The notes beneath the pieces were generated by a model. The model saw only the letters and a program-made list of their open reading frames with translations, did no database searches and was not told the DNA's origin. The position numbers were made by a program, and so were the translations under genes. This document shows positions 11,336 to 24,905 of a stretch of 64,000 nt of DNA, piece by piece. The stretch lies in NCBI RefSeq assembly GCF_018350175.1, contig NC_058368.1, forward strand, positions 72,604,001 to 72,668,000. The letters run 5' to 3'. Position 1 is the stretch's first letter. The number at the start of each line of letters is the position of its first letter. The stretch is from Felis catus (lineage: Eukaryota).

Positions 11336-13569
11336 TAGCTTATAGGCTTAACAGGTGTCTGGTTGCTTCTGAATGAGAAAAACAATAACAGTGACAATAG
11401 TCACGAAAGCACCGTTCCTGTCAGGGCTGCACTTCTGAGCCAGTCTTGGTTCAGGCTGCCCGGGCACGCCCTTCCCACGCCCCGTGACTACTTTCCATGT
11501 CTAGTGCAAAACAGAGGTACTTGCAGAAGTCTACAGAGCTTCACTGTGTCCTTGTTGTTGTAACTACTCCAAATTTGAAGAGAATCTCAAGATAGGCGAG
11601 GGGAAGGGACTCACCTTCTCACCACTCCACCCACCTCCCTGTCCCCTTCTCCCTGCCCTCGCCACTAAGTCATCGCATATGACCTATGGTGGCCAGTTGG
11701 ATACTCTCACATAGAATTCTGAATACGGAGGGAATGAAGCACAGGCCCAGTGTACTGGGAGGCAGGGTGGAGTAGAGACCGTGGTGGTGAGTCAGAGAGT
11801 GATCTCGGTGGCTAAGGACCATCATGGCATCAGTGCACAGTCAATGGTCAGTGGAAATGGCATCAATGGCACATCCTTATATGCAGACTGCTCCTGGTTG
11901 GACTCAGGGCTTGGTTACCTCAAGGTGTTGGACACTCTGCCAAACCTCTGATCCCTAGGCTGTGAGGCAGGTGTTCTTCATTTAGTGAACAATTTGTCTG
12001 ACTTATTTTAATTTTACAAGAGACCTTTCTACGTGCGTTACTTTCAGGGAAATAATTTAATCTTTTACTCGGCTGTAAACTTGAGAGGAAGGACTCGATG
12101 ATGTCTAAGACACTTCCCAATCCTCAAGATCCCATCCTATTTGGCCTTAGAATAAATTCCCTTGGGTGGGAGCTATCACCGTGGAGGAGAGAGGATCAGA
12201 TTTATTATCTGGCTCTTTTCTGTAGAAGCAGAAATGGAATTTAGATAAGTGGAAGGATCAGCCTAGAACTTTCAGAGGCTGCTTCCACCTCTTCTTTTGG
12301 GCTAAACTTAGTGGCTGCTAAATAACCTAATAAAATCCTAATGGGGAAAAGGATTTCCCAACTGCCAGGGAAATCTCATGTCTCTTCATCTAATACCAAA
12401 ATAGGGGTGATGTGAATGGTTCTTTTTGCACCAGCAGCTCAGGGGAAAATCTACTTCTTTAGTCAAGGTAGGGTGACAAAGTGTCCTTGGATGAAACTAT
12501 TTTTGACAGAGATAAATCTGAGTGAAATATGAACCAGTACCTAGAATGAAAGGCAAGACTATGCCAATTAAATTCTTTGGAACCATTTCAGTCCCTGGAG
12601 TCTGGAAAATAAAATACATCTCTTTGGGGCTTATTCTATGTTCACTGCTCGTCTCTCTTCTACCTTTTCTTAAAAAGGCTTTTGTCTAAGACTTCGGATT
12701 GTCTGATGACTTAATATTCTCTCCATCAACACCTATTGTCAAAGGTTGCCTATTCACATGATAATTTTCATAAACAGTATCACAGGAAGATTTAAAGTGC
12801 TAAGAAAATCTATGAGAAGTAAGCATAAAGTGTATCTTTAAAATGGCTTTCCAATGCTTTGGGTGCTCAAAGCACTGTTCCTGCTGTTCCCTTAATCAAA
12901 AGCCATCAGTGGCTCCCGCACCTTCAAGCACAAACTCTAAATTTCTTTTGACATACAATACACAGAAACTGCCTTAACCATCTCATCCATCCGTGTAGTC
13001 ATTAAAATGCTAACAGGTACTTATGGAGCATCTATTGTATGCTAATTGCCTGCTAAGATTATTTTTCTTTGATTTCTTCTACCTCACCCCTGCCAGGACA
13101 TGGCACTTTCTCATTACCATGTTTCCTTCCACCAAAAAGTTCTTACCTTCAACAACCACAATGTTTCAAGCCTCACATCATGCCACCTGCTCCACAAATC
13201 CCTCTACAATGTCTCAACTATATTGAAAAATTCTCTGAGTTTTCCTGATAATGGTCTTATAATTGTATTATAATAATAATGGCCATGTTCTGAGTTCTGT
13301 CATATTTATTACTACATATGTTTTATCTCTAAACTTGAATTACACAGTCTTGGTTTACAAAAAGAATATCTAGTACCTGTAAATGGTAGTTTGCACAATC
13401 AATTTCACTGCTGGGTATCTTGAAAAATCATTTCATTGAGGCTAAGGTAGGAATTATGTAAACGGTAGCCCTATAACTAATTTTATAATATTTCTCTATC
13501 TTAATTTCCTAGATGTGTACAATAAAGCCTTATCTTCTGATTTTTCATCTTCTATTAAAATGAAGGGAT

Positions 13570-13775
13570 GGAGCCTCTGGGTGACTAAGTCAGTTAAGCA
13601 TCCAACTCTTGGTTTCAGCTCAGGTCATGATCTCAGGGTTCGTGGTTTTGAGCCCTGCATTGGACTCTGCACTGACAGCATGGAGCTCGCTTGGGATTCT
13701 CTCTCTCCCTCTCTCTGCCCCTCCCCTGCTCACTCTCTCTCTCTCAAAATAAATAAATAAACATTAAAAAATAAT
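13570..13775 (+). mobile_element. Older CanSINE
   Basis: Diverged head, CTCAGGTCATGATCTC, (CT)n and AAAT tail. Confidence 0.92.
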
Positions 13776-14559
13776 AAAGAGGGTGTTGGAATTATAGTCC
13801 CAATTCCAAAAAATTTATGTTAAAAAGTTATGACTGCCCTCTAGAAAATGACCAATCACACTCACTGTTCAAAAGGAAGTCTAAAAAAATCAGGGCCATA
13901 GAAAGCCAAGGCCCTACTACTTTAATTTTTTCTTAAAACAATTGCTTGAACAAACTCTAGAACTTCCCTGAAAAATTCTAATACCGATAAATGGCAAGTG
14001 ACAATATTATGTTAAATTTCATTTACTATTTTAATGACAAGATTTATAGTTTCCTATTGTTAAATTTTGAAGGTCACCTGGGGAACAAAATGAATTCCAA
14101 CAAATACTAGTGTTTAACTATTAATAGTTTTCTGTTTTATCGGAAAAACAACTCATACACCATCCCTGGTCTTTGTAGATCTGTGGAAATCAATAGTAAC
14201 ACTGGAAAATCAAGACAGTTCTACATTTCAAAATAAGAAAAAATGGATCCTTTAACTATATGCTAGTTATGTCATTGTATGGTCTGAGCAAAAAATCTAG
14301 AATTGATTATCGAAAGGTATGGTTTGTGAATAAATGAAAACTGTCAATATCTATAAAACCTAGAAATGTACAACAGAAGAAATTACTTCAGACGCTCCTA
14401 ATTTCTTTCAAGAGGATTGCCAGACTGTGGCATATGAAGGCATCCATGAGGCATATGAAGTACAGCACATGAGACCTGTGACTAGGGAATTTACCTGCTG
14501 GAAGTGAACAATAGCTTGCATGATCTCATCTAAAGATCTTGAATCTGTATCAACGTGAG

Positions 14560-14960
14560 CAGGGCTGATAGTAGCCAGACATAAAGTTCCATCTTGTATC
14601 CAATCCACTTTAACACTTTTCCTAGTGAACATGAGATATTAAGCAAATTGAAGATATCATGAGGCTAAGAGTCTTGGTAAATATATTGAATGATAGAATC
14701 TAGATCTAAAAAGATTCTAAGAAGTTGGAGTGATAGGTTAGATATAATGAGATTCACAGAGAATAAAAATGAAGTCCTGGCCCTGGGTCCAAGTTCACTC
14801 TTCACAAGTCCCTGATGGGATACTCATAGAGAAGAGAATCTGAAACACATCAGAGGTGTGTAGCTGATGGTAGGCTCAGTGACTCAACAGAGGGATATAC
14901 AACTGCCCAGCCTAGAATATACAACCTTAGTTAGGCTCTACTTGTAACAACTACTGTTAA
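14560..14960 (+). mobile_element. Ancient L3/CR1 RT 3' fragment
   Basis: ATCTAAAAAGATTCTAAGAAGTTGGAG ... AAATGAAGTCCTGGCCCTGGGT resembles recalled CR1/L3 RT motifs. Confidence 0.55.
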
Positions 14961-15536
14961 GACAGCACTTCTCTGAGCACTCACTAACTAGATGGCCTAC
15001 TTGGAAAGTAGATTGGCAGTTGTAATGTTTGCTGAGCCTGCCTATCTGAGAAATTTCTTCTAAATAACACCTAAAGTTGTTTTTAACTCAACTCATGACT
15101 TCATAGGGATATGACACAGGTCAATGACAAGAATGAAACATGTATTTGTAATTAAGACTCTTTGTGTCCTAATGGATAATTTAATCTCCATGTATCACCT
15201 GCCTTTCAGCCTATGTGAAAAGGATAACTCCATTTATTCTTCACAAATCAATCCAGTCTACATCTATCCTTAAACCTTCAGGTCTTGGTTCCTCACTCTG
15301 AGATGTTAGATGATGCGAAAATAACACAGGTATTAGAGAGAAGATAACATTCTCAGTTTATATAGTTCCATACAGCTTCAACAGCAAGGGCCAGCAAATA
15401 AAACTTACATAAGAAAGTATTTTCTGTCAGCTGTCTGAGATGTAACATAGAAGTTCATGATCAGAAGGGAGAAAACCATGTGTCATTAATGTGGTAGGAA
15501 AGAGAGGTCAAGCATTTGATGAATGGTTATTGTAGG

Positions 15537-15916
15537 TGGTATATGGACTGGATGTTCATGCCTCCTCCAGTTAATATGTTGAAGCCCTAATTTCCAGTGT
15601 GATGGGACTTGGAGATGAAGCCTTTGGAAGGTAATGGGGTTTAGGTGAGCACATCCCCTCAGGATGGGATTGGTGTCCTTCAAAGAGGAGGAAGAGACCT
15701 GAGAACATGCTCCATGCACTCGTACTGAGGAAAGGTCATGGGAGAACACCATGAAAAGGGAGCCATCTGCCAGCCAGGAAGAGAGGTCTCACCAGAAACT
15801 GACCATGCTGGCACCCTGGTTTTGGAATTCCAGCCTCAAGAACTCTGAGAAATAAATATCTGTAGTTTAAACCACATAGTCTGTGATGTTTTATTATAGT
15901 AGCCTGAGCTAAGATG
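15537..15916 (+). mobile_element. MaLR LTR (MLT1A-like)
   Basis: ATGTTGAAGCCCTAA, GGAGATGAAGCCTTTGG, CCAGCCTCAAGAACTCTGAGAAATAAAT, AGCCTGAGCTAAGA. Confidence 0.85.
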
Positions 15917-15929
15917 GGTGGCTCTCTTC

Positions 15930-16330
15930 TGACTATTGTATCATTTTAATACTTCTCTATGGGCCTTTGTATTTGCTATTTCCTTTATATATAGCATTAC
16001 TCTGAATGCTCTTCCACTCATACCCACAAGACCCACCCTACTCCATGTTCTTCATGTCTCTGCTCAAATATCTCCTGCTTAGTCTTTCAGAATCACCCTT
16101 TATAAAATATAGCCCTCCTGTCATCCCTCACATGCCCTATCTTGTTTACATTGCTTTCTTTTTCTCTTGTCAATCCTCACTGTGTGTGTTTCTTTCAACT
16201 TGTTTGTTGTTTGCCTCTTTTCACTAGAATTTCAACTTTAGGATAGCAGTGATTTTATTTATTCACTGGTATCCTAAGCATCTACAATGGTCTTTAACTA
16301 GTATTTGAAGAGCATTTGTTGAATAAATTA
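15930..16330 (+). mobile_element. L2 3' fragment
   Basis: TCTCTGCTCAAATATC, ATTCACTGGTATCC, ends TTGTTGAATAAAT. Confidence 0.65.
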
Positions 16331-16633
16331 AAAGGTGTTACAAAAAATTCAAAGTCAGCACATTTGGTACTTTGTAGAATTAATTATTGTCTTGAAAGAG
16401 AAAAAATGGCATTACTTCACTCAACCCTCTATTGAGAATTTATGCCTTACAATTCTAATATAGTAATCTTACCTCTCAGACCAAAATATAAATTAGGTAC
16501 ATTCCTTTTCTAATATTATTTATTAACAAAGACTTTTAAAGCCGGAGGCCTTAAATCAGTGACATTTGTTATATAAAAACAACAAAATAATGCTGTATAT
16601 TTGTGTGTTTAATTTGTACTAAAAATAAATTAA

Positions 16634-16845
16634 TTTTTTTGTAATGTTTGATTTGTTTTTCAGAGAGAGAGAGAGACAGAATATGAATGGGGGAGGGGCA
16701 GACAGAGGGGCACACAGAATCTGAGGCAGGCTCCAGGCTCTGAGCTGTCAGCACAGAGCCCAAGGTGGGGCTCAAACTCACAAATCGTAAGATCATGACC
16801 TGAGCCGAAGTCAGATGCCCAACTGACTGAGCCACTCAGGCACTA
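16634..16845 (-). mobile_element. CanSINE
   Basis: Antisense SINE body GGCTCCAGGCTCTGAGCTGTCAGCACAGAGCC. Confidence 0.93.
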
Positions 16846-18080
16846 TCAAAAATAACGTTTAACTGAAATAAATACATTTTGTGAATCTCCAAATAAATCA
16901 CAGAACTTGTAGGGGGAAAACATAAACCAAACTCTCCATTCTAGTTTATATAATGTTTAAAAATGAGGGGGAAAAAACAACACAAGATAATGACATATAC
17001 AGAAATTTTCTAGCTAGTTGAAAAAAGATAAAGAGATATTCATACCACAATCTCTGTTGTACTTTGGCATATTTTAAAGACCCAAGTGACTACTGTCTGT
17101 CACTTGGCCAGCCAAGGAAAAGATCAAGGTTTGGAACCTACCTAACCATGGGTTCCTTCTATCAAGAGCCATTCAGTGTTCTGAGCGCTACAGGAAAGCC
17201 AATGGCAGACACATGCTTATTTGGGTTTCTTGGTCAAGTACACAGCAATGAAGAGCCTTTCTATTCTAATAGAATAGAATTCTATTTCTCTGCATTTCTC
17301 TGCAAATATTTAATTCACAACCCAATGGCTTGAAATCACAGTTAAAATCTCCCATCTCTGGGGAAATACCCCAACAGAAGAGTCACTGAGACAAACTGAC
17401 AAAGAGTTAGCATTGGGGAGAAATCTACTAACTCTTGTCATTTTGATTCTGCTGATTGCAGGTGACAATGAGCACAAAATGGTATGTATTCTTGATCTGT
17501 GTAGGAAGCAATATGACGTACCGTATCATACTGTAGATAAAGCATTCTAGGTTGTTCCATAGCTACAAGACTTGAATAAACTCAAGGAAGCTGAAACCCA
17601 AATGGTAGGGTCATTTTGTCTGATTCCTAATAGCACTCTTAAAAAGGTTTTGAAAAAGCTTAGAGATGTGTGTTTACCTTGAGAGGGTCAAGTTACAGAG
17701 TACTGCATTAAATCTCACCCAGTAATAACAATGTTTTGAAATAGCATGCCTTAAATAGGAAATTAGTGATATTTGCCTTCAGCTGGGTAAAATCTTCAAT
17801 GAACTCTTCAAATCCCATTGTGTAAAGTCTAGACTTTCTGAGTTTGAGATTGCAAACAATAAATTCACTAATTTGTCATAACAAAATAGCTTTTGGTAGA
17901 AGCATTATAGTCAAGTAAAGTATAAGGCAGGCATCATTGTGCTTTTCACTCCACACGTTTTAATCTGACCATTCAAAGACTAACAAGAAATACAACTTTA
18001 GGTAACACGTATAAATAGAATGCCAACTGAGTCAGCTGGTGTTCATCTGTGTGGTTACGGGTAACATGGCTGAAGACATT

Positions 18081-18137
18081 TTATTCATGTTTGTTTGTTT
18101 GTTTTGAGTGAGGGGGGAGAAAGGGAGGGTCGGGGAG

Positions 18138-18183
<46 letters not shown>

Positions 18184-18350
18184 TTAGAGAAAGAGAGAAA
18201 ATCCCAAGCAGGCTCTAGGCTGTCAGCACAGAGCCCGACAAATCCCGATCCCATGAACCGTGAGATCATAACCTGAGCCGTGTTCAAGAGCCAACTTGTG
18301 CTTGAACAACTGAGTTCAGTGCTTAACCAACTGAGCCACCCAGGTGCCCC
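18081..18350 (-). mobile_element. CanSINE with internal (CA)n
   Basis: TSD TGAAGACATT at 18071-18080 and 18351-18360; (CA)n about 18145-18180. Confidence 0.93.
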
Positions 18351-19850
18351 TGAAGACATTCTGGAAATGGCAAGATCTAAACAACTTGACCCATAAGACA
18401 CTGTTGTAAATGCTCTCCTAGTTAGATGGAGTTAATCATAGTGTAATCAACACAACTGAACGCTTTTTTTACACTTCAATACCTGTTGGGAGTCTGCAAT
18501 GTGCCAGTTTCCATTGAACTGCACAGCATTAGCAATTGTCACATTTCATTTTCCCAAATCTGTATCACATCAAATCCTACCTCCTGCCTTGTCATATTTT
18601 TCCTCTTTCCCTGAGGAATATTTTCATGCTAGTCAACGAGTTGTACTTTGGCAGGCTGCTGACACAGCCATGGGGAATATCTCTTAGAGCTGCACCAAAC
18701 GCACAGCCTGAATCCAGCCGCTAGCCTTCTGTCCCTTCGTGAAAAGGTCAGAGGTTGTCTCTCAGACTACCAACTGCCATTTCTCCTTCTCATCACAAGG
18801 GGAGTCAACATAGGACAATGGGGTCTGGTGGAAGTTTGTAAAATGCACAGAAGTGAGAACACTTGGCCTAGAGAGCTTGGTGGAGCTGGAATGTGAAAAA
18901 GCAATGATCGGGGACATGAAAGGCACAACACAGGGACCTGTGATCATCGTTATAACACACTATTTTACCTGTGACAAAACAGAAGACCTGTAATGTTTCC
19001 CAGCCAGTCGTCCCCAGCTGTGGCAAAGCCAACAGAAAGTCAGGAAGAGATTTTGGTATCACTGATTGGAGTAAAAAAGATTGGTTGACTCAATTGGACC
19101 CGATGTACCACTATTAATATGTAATCTGCCCAACCTATTGGATTTTAAGGACCTACTTCTTTCCCTAAAATAACATAATACTTCAGTTATAAGCTTTAGA
19201 CTGGAATAGTGCAGGAGCTTGTGTGTAGAGACTTGAGATGTGAGATTTGGTCCTACATCAATGCATTCCTAATGCCTCTCCAGTTTCATTTAGGGTTGAC
19301 ATACTTACCCTCCTAAAGCAGTGATGGACCAAGGTAGGAGGGCTGGTAAGAGGTCTGTCTCATTGGAAAAAGTGTTTCCTCCCTGACATTGTTTAGAATG
19401 GTAATAAAAAGCAGAGAAAATTTTAGTTGGTTTTATTATTATTTCTGACATTTCTACAGACAAGGCTCTCTGCTGTTGCCAGAGCCCAGGGACTACTTCC
19501 ACTGACCTGCTTCCTCCCTTTAGCGGGTCTCAAAGCTGTTCCAAGCTTCAGTGTTCCAATTTGCATGTGGCAATTTTAGTACCTGTCCCCACAACCTCCC
19601 AGAATCGTGAAGATGAATGTATAATGGCGAGAAAGTGTTTGTTAATTGTCAAGCAAATTGGAGCAGTTAAGCTCTTGATTATCTCGAGGTGTGGAGCAGA
19701 GTGAAAGAGAAGGAAAATGGTAGCTCACCAGTGAGGTCCCAACCCTATCTTTGCCCCTGGTTTAGAAGAGTCCCCCAAACCGTAAGTAACAATGCATGAG
19801 ATTGACAAGCCTGGGGGCCAGCTTCCTCATTCTCTGTGCTTATTCTAAAG

Positions 19851-21117
19851 CAGAGGATCTCAGCCTTGGCACCACTGACATTTTGGACCAGATAATTCTT
19901 TGCTGTGGGGCTTGTCCTCTGCACTGAAAGATGTTTCGCAGCATTCCTGGCCTCTACCCATGAGATGCCATCTGTATCTCTGTCCTGAGTTGTGTTAATC
20001 AAAGGTGTCTCCAAGTATTGCCTAACGTCCCCCGGGGGCCGTGCCAGAAGCCTAGCTATCCAACCAGCCTGATGGCAGGGCCCGGGTGGTGGACGGATCG
20101 GGACTACAGGGCGGCCAACCGACAGTGAAGCTTCTTGTACTCCCGCTTTTATGTAATTTGGCCTTAATAAAAGTACCTGGGGAGTTGTCTGTTGGGGAAT
20201 TGCCCTCGACAGGCCCCCTGGGAAAAGAACTATTGGGGAAAGAAAATAAGGTTCTGCAAGGAAATTGTGCGGCCCTACATTTAGCCCTTGCCACCCCCTA
20301 TAAAGACTCCTCTACCTAAAGGAAGGATAGCCTCATACATTTGCCAGCAAAGGAGGAATAAATGGATTTAAAAGCCCCACTCCGGCAACAAAGGAGTGTA
20401 TCTATGGGCACAAGTTACTCCAACCCCTAGGCCCACTTGGCCCCCAGGAGGCATTCCAGATGATGATTGAACCTAGTCGGTTAAATACAGAATGGTTCAT
20501 TAGTTCCTAGGTGCATTGTCTCTCTGAGAATGTATAAGGCGTGGGCTCCTAAAGCCCTCTTGGCCCCCTTCTAGCACCTCAGACCGAGGCGAACACTTTT
20601 GTTCCTCAAGCCACAAGTGGTTCAGGGAAACAACTAAGAGGTCATGTCCCCGTAACTGTTCCACTTGAGGTGTTGAGGGATAGGTGACCTTTCATGAAAA
20701 CAGCAAAGCAAATGCTTTATAGATTATAGATAAATGTAGATACATAATGAAAATGATATGAAGAAATTAATCAATAAGCAAAAGGCAGGAGGGAACGTTA
20801 TGAGAAAATAACCATGTTATTCCTTAAAGGGTATTTACACACAGGAACATTTCTAGAATTAGGTAATGCCAGAAAACATAGATGACGTACACTTCAAGGA
20901 AATTGCTAACAAATATAATGCCACGTTTGCCACAATAAAGCGGCCAGTTCAACACACTGCTGTTGTCTGTATCCATTTTTATTTACTTATTTATTTATTT
21001 ATTTATTTATTTTTCCACTTTTTCGCTGACACCGCTCATCCTTCGGGAACCCCTGGACCTGCTAGAGCTGGACTCCGGCAGGGCGGGGGTTGCAAAATCA
21101 TCCCAGGTTAATAACTG
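19851..21117. mobile_element. MER20 hAT transposon split by an LTR (19851-20041 and 21081-21117)
   Basis: MER20 motifs CACCACTGACATTTTGGACCAGATAATTCTTTG; remainder GCAAAATCATCCCAGGTT...CTG; 8-bp TSD TTCTAAAG (19843-19850) / CTCTAAAG (21118-21125). Confidence 0.88.
20042..21080 (+). mobile_element. Solo ERV LTR, class II (ERVK/beta-like) by architecture
   Basis: TGCC...GGCA termini; 6-bp TSD GGGCCG/GGGCGG; TATAA 20914-20918 then AATAAA 20934-20939; ends GCTGGACTCCGGCA. Confidence 0.85.
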
Positions 21118-22480
21118 CTCTAAAGTAATGTCACTGTTTAGAAACAAGATGGACAAAATTGAACTAAGAGAATCTGGAAAATTTTCAAAGTATTTATTTC
21201 CAAATAACCTCAAATGTACTTTTTTTAGGTGAATAATTCCAAATTTTTAAACTGCTTATGTGGAGTTTAATTTGACCTTGAGTGAGAATTAGCATTTTAA
21301 TATGCCAAAGTGATAGCCATACCCCAGGGTTCAATATAAGCGCTCCTAGACAGTAATTTCCCCCATCTAGATTCTCCCTGTATCTGCCATAAAGTGATGC
21401 TTCGTCCACACAATATATAATTGGCATTTTGTGAGTCAACAGCTCTCATTGTTCCATTTTGGTTTGGTTCATACATTTTACAATATATATGAAAGCAGTG
21501 GCTACCAGAAAACTCAGACAAAAGAAAAAACCCAGAAAAATAGCTTGAAAACCTCCTGTATATGACAATTATGTGCAAAATCCTACTTGGCCAAAGGCTG
21601 TAAATCCATGAAGCCTCTAAATGGCATGATCCAACAACTGAAGATGTTAGTCATGTATACCATTGCCATAGATTAGGATAATAGTAGTAAAATGATGCTT
21701 TGCTCTCAACCCTCAAAATGTTTTAGAAGATAAGGGAAGCTTCTATTACCTGCTATATGTTCCCACTCTTTCCCTGATAGAATCTCTATCTGCCAAGTCA
21801 ATGTTTTACCCTACAGATTCCTAAGTTATGGAATGGACAATCACACAGATGGATCAGCATATAAAACAAAGCTTACTGAACACACATAGAAGCCTTTTAC
21901 TTCTTAAATAAATCTATGGAGAATATGTTTCCAAAAGTCATGAGGTTCAGTAATTTGAAAAACAGATCTCACTAGCCATTGACTTGAATCTACATTTGTA
22001 TAACTAGACACTGTACTAGATAGCACACTATATTTCAAGTATAAGATATTTGACATGGGTAACGAATACCAATATAAAAAAAAATATTTGCAAGAGGCTC
22101 ACCAAGGGAAGGTACGCTGATGTTTCCTGATGATGTTCCCTGTGGGGCAGGCTTATACTTTGTGCTGTATGCAAGTGAGTGACCACACATTCTTCTCTCT
22201 CTTTCTCTCTCCCTCTCCCTTTCTTCCAGTGCTTACCAAAAACTTGCATGAACCAGCACAGGTGCTAGATGTTCACAGACAAACCTGAATAAGCCATTCC
22301 CACCTGCTCTCAAGGATTTCACAAACCATGGGAGAAGAAGGTATATAACGGACTTTTGCAGTGTGTTGTTAGTGGCATTATGACAGAAGTAAGCAAAAGA
22401 TGCAAAATATACACAGGAGACGTGTGTGGGAGAATTAGGAAAAGTGTTGAACAACATCAAAAGCTACAGAGAAGGCAAGT

Positions 22481-22936
22481 AATATGAGGGCTCAACAGCG
22501 TCCTCCCAAAATTCATGTCCACTTGGAATTTCACAATGGGACGTGATTTGGATGCAGGGTCTTTGCAGATGTAATTAATTAAGTTGAATTCAGGTCACAC
22601 TGGATTAGGGTGGGCCCCCAATACAACTGACATCCTTATAAGGGAAGGACACATGAAGACATAGACACACACAGAGGGGAAGCCATGTGAAGATGGAGAC
22701 AGAGATTGGGAAGCTGGATCCACAAGCCAACGAATGCCCAGGATGGCCAGCAACCACTAGAAGCCAGGAGAAAGGCATGAGGCCGATTCTTCCAAAAGCC
22801 TCCAGAAAGAACCAAGCACACAGACACCTGGATTTCAGATATCTGGCCTCCAGAATTGTGAGGAAATAAATTCCGGGTGCTTTAAGCTCTTCCATGTGTG
22901 TGGTATTATTTTACAGCAGCCTAAGGAAACCAACAC
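22481..22936 (+). mobile_element. MaLR LTR (MLT1B/C-like)
   Basis: CCCAAAATTCATGTCC, GGGTCTTTGCAGATGTAATT, GGCCTCCAGAATTGTGAGGAAATAAATT, ACAGCAGCCTAAGGAAAC. Confidence 0.88.
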
Positions 22937-23269
22937 CAGGACTGAGGGGAGCATGCTCTCTAGTAGCCTATGTTAGGCATATCCTCAATAAAAAAGGAGA
23001 ATTTTCCTATCTCCAACATGACAGTCCTTACTTTACTGAGCTAGAAATGCAATTTATCACTCTGCTGGAATTTTTGTCTGTTTATCCTCTCCATTTACAT
23101 CGACAAGGGATAAAACGAGAACTCTTTCCAAGTGCCCTAAATCATTGCAGGCTTTACATCTCTCTCCTGTTGTTCTAAATTTTTTTCTGGACACCTATGT
23201 GATGATGAATTAATAGAGACTATGATTAATACTTGTAAGGAAGCCGCCTGTTCTATTGTATGGTGCCAC

Positions 23270-23452
23270 GGTTGGCCACCATCACTGCATTTGAGAATCA
23301 CCCGGAGAACGGTTTTAAATACTGAGACCAGAATGCTGGCACCTGGAGATTCCGATTTAATTGGTCTGGTGTGATACTAGGTCATACTTTTTTTCTTTTT
23401 TTTTAAGGCTCCCCAGGGTTTCTGAAGTGCAGCCCCCAGTTAAGAACTACCA
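23270..23452. mobile_element. MER5A/B-like fragment
   Basis: GAGAATCACCCGGAGA, GATTCCGATTTAATTGGTCTGG, GTTAAGAACTAC. Confidence 0.7.
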
Positions 23453-24302
23453 ATATAAAGCAAGGCTTTCTATACTAGAAGCAGATAGGCTGAAGCAAAG
23501 AATGTTAAATGATTGTCTGAAGGCACTAAATTGAAAATACAAATCATATCCAAGAATAAGCTCTAAATTCACTGAATCTCTGTTACACACTCATGCAGTA
23601 TGATTGCATTGTTTTACCCCAATATGACTTCCATCCAAATGGGGGGAAATAGAAGATCATGGAATGAGATCTGGATCAAAGTTAGCAATATCATTGATTT
23701 GGGGCCACAGTTGGGGGTAGAGAGACTTGTCCTTCCAGACTAGTGGAAATAAGGGGGTGAGGGTTTAAAGACAATAATAAAATCACTATCATCATGCTAC
23801 CCTTTGGAGACCCTTTGAGGACAAGCCTCTCCAGATTAACCAACCAAACAGAAAAGGAAAATAGTCACTTTTGTTACCAAATGGGTTCTTCTAGAAAAGA
23901 TTATATTGCCTTTTTTACATTTTTAAGTGTGGATTTAAATTTAAGTATCTTGTTATACAAATGAGGTACTTTTACATACAAAATTGAGAATATATCCTCA
24001 TGGTCTAAAATATCTTTCTCATTTCCTCTTTGATGCCCACATTTATATTTTATTGCTTTTGCAATTTAGAAGAAAAACACTGTTGTTTCTAAAATGAACA
24101 TAAAAGGAAACCATAAAAGTCAACAATATGTAGACATTTTGGTGTGAGCAGGGAGGTCTCTAACTGCACATAAGATAAAATATCTGTTATTTTTAGAACC
24201 ATGCATCCTTAAAAAACATTTTACTCCAAATAGAGTGCATTGAGCATTTAAAAATGTGACAAATATCCACATAGAAAGAAAATGTTTTTTTAAAGTACAT
24301 TT

Positions 24303-24515
24303 TTAAAGATTATTTATTTATTTATTGAGAGAGAGAGAGGGTGGGGGGACAGAGAGAGAGAATGTGAGTGAGGGAAGGTCAGAGAGAGAGGGAGACACAG
24401 AATCCCAAATAGGCTTTGCGCCCAACTGAGGGCCCAAACCCGTGAACCATGAGAACATGACCTGAGCTGAAATCAAGAGCTGGATGCTTAACCAACTGAG
24501 TCACTCAGGTGCCCC
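24303..24515 (-). mobile_element. Older CanSINE
   Basis: Head CAGGTGCCCC at 24515; TSD AAAGTACATTT on both sides. Confidence 0.92.
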
Positions 24516-24694
24516 TAAAAGTACATTTGTATTGAGGTTTTTATTCCTGTGAATTTTCCTACATTCAAGATGGTAGAATCCTTTATGAATGGTTGAATCT
24601 GACCAGAACTTTTGTCCAAACTATTCACTAGTTGGCCTATGTGTGTTGATATATTCAGAATACATGATATCAGTAATTTTGCCATCTTTGCCAT

Positions 24695-24905
24695 TTATTT
24701 GTTTAATTTCTTCTTTTTTAATGTTTATTTTTGAAAGAAAGAGAGAGAGAGAGAGAGAGAGCAGAGCAAAGAGAGAGAGGGACAGGACCGAAGCAGGCTC
24801 TGAGCTGACAGCAGCAAGCCCGATGTGGGGCTCAAACTCACAACCATGAGGTCATGACCTTAGCTGAAGTTGGATGCTCAACCGACGGAGCCATCCAGGT
24901 GCCCC
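24695..24905 (-). mobile_element. Older CanSINE
   Basis: Antisense SINE, (GA)n, head ends CCAGGTGCCCC. Confidence 0.92.

Noticed and set aside
17259..17279. 10-bp inverted repeat TTCTATTCTA-A-TAGAATAGAA
   Set aside because: Low-complexity, AT-rich and short; no supporting context.
17462..17481. Plus-strand 20-nt CAG|...|GTATGT micro-exon candidate
   Set aside because: Modest pyrimidine tract, not frame-preserving, no other support.
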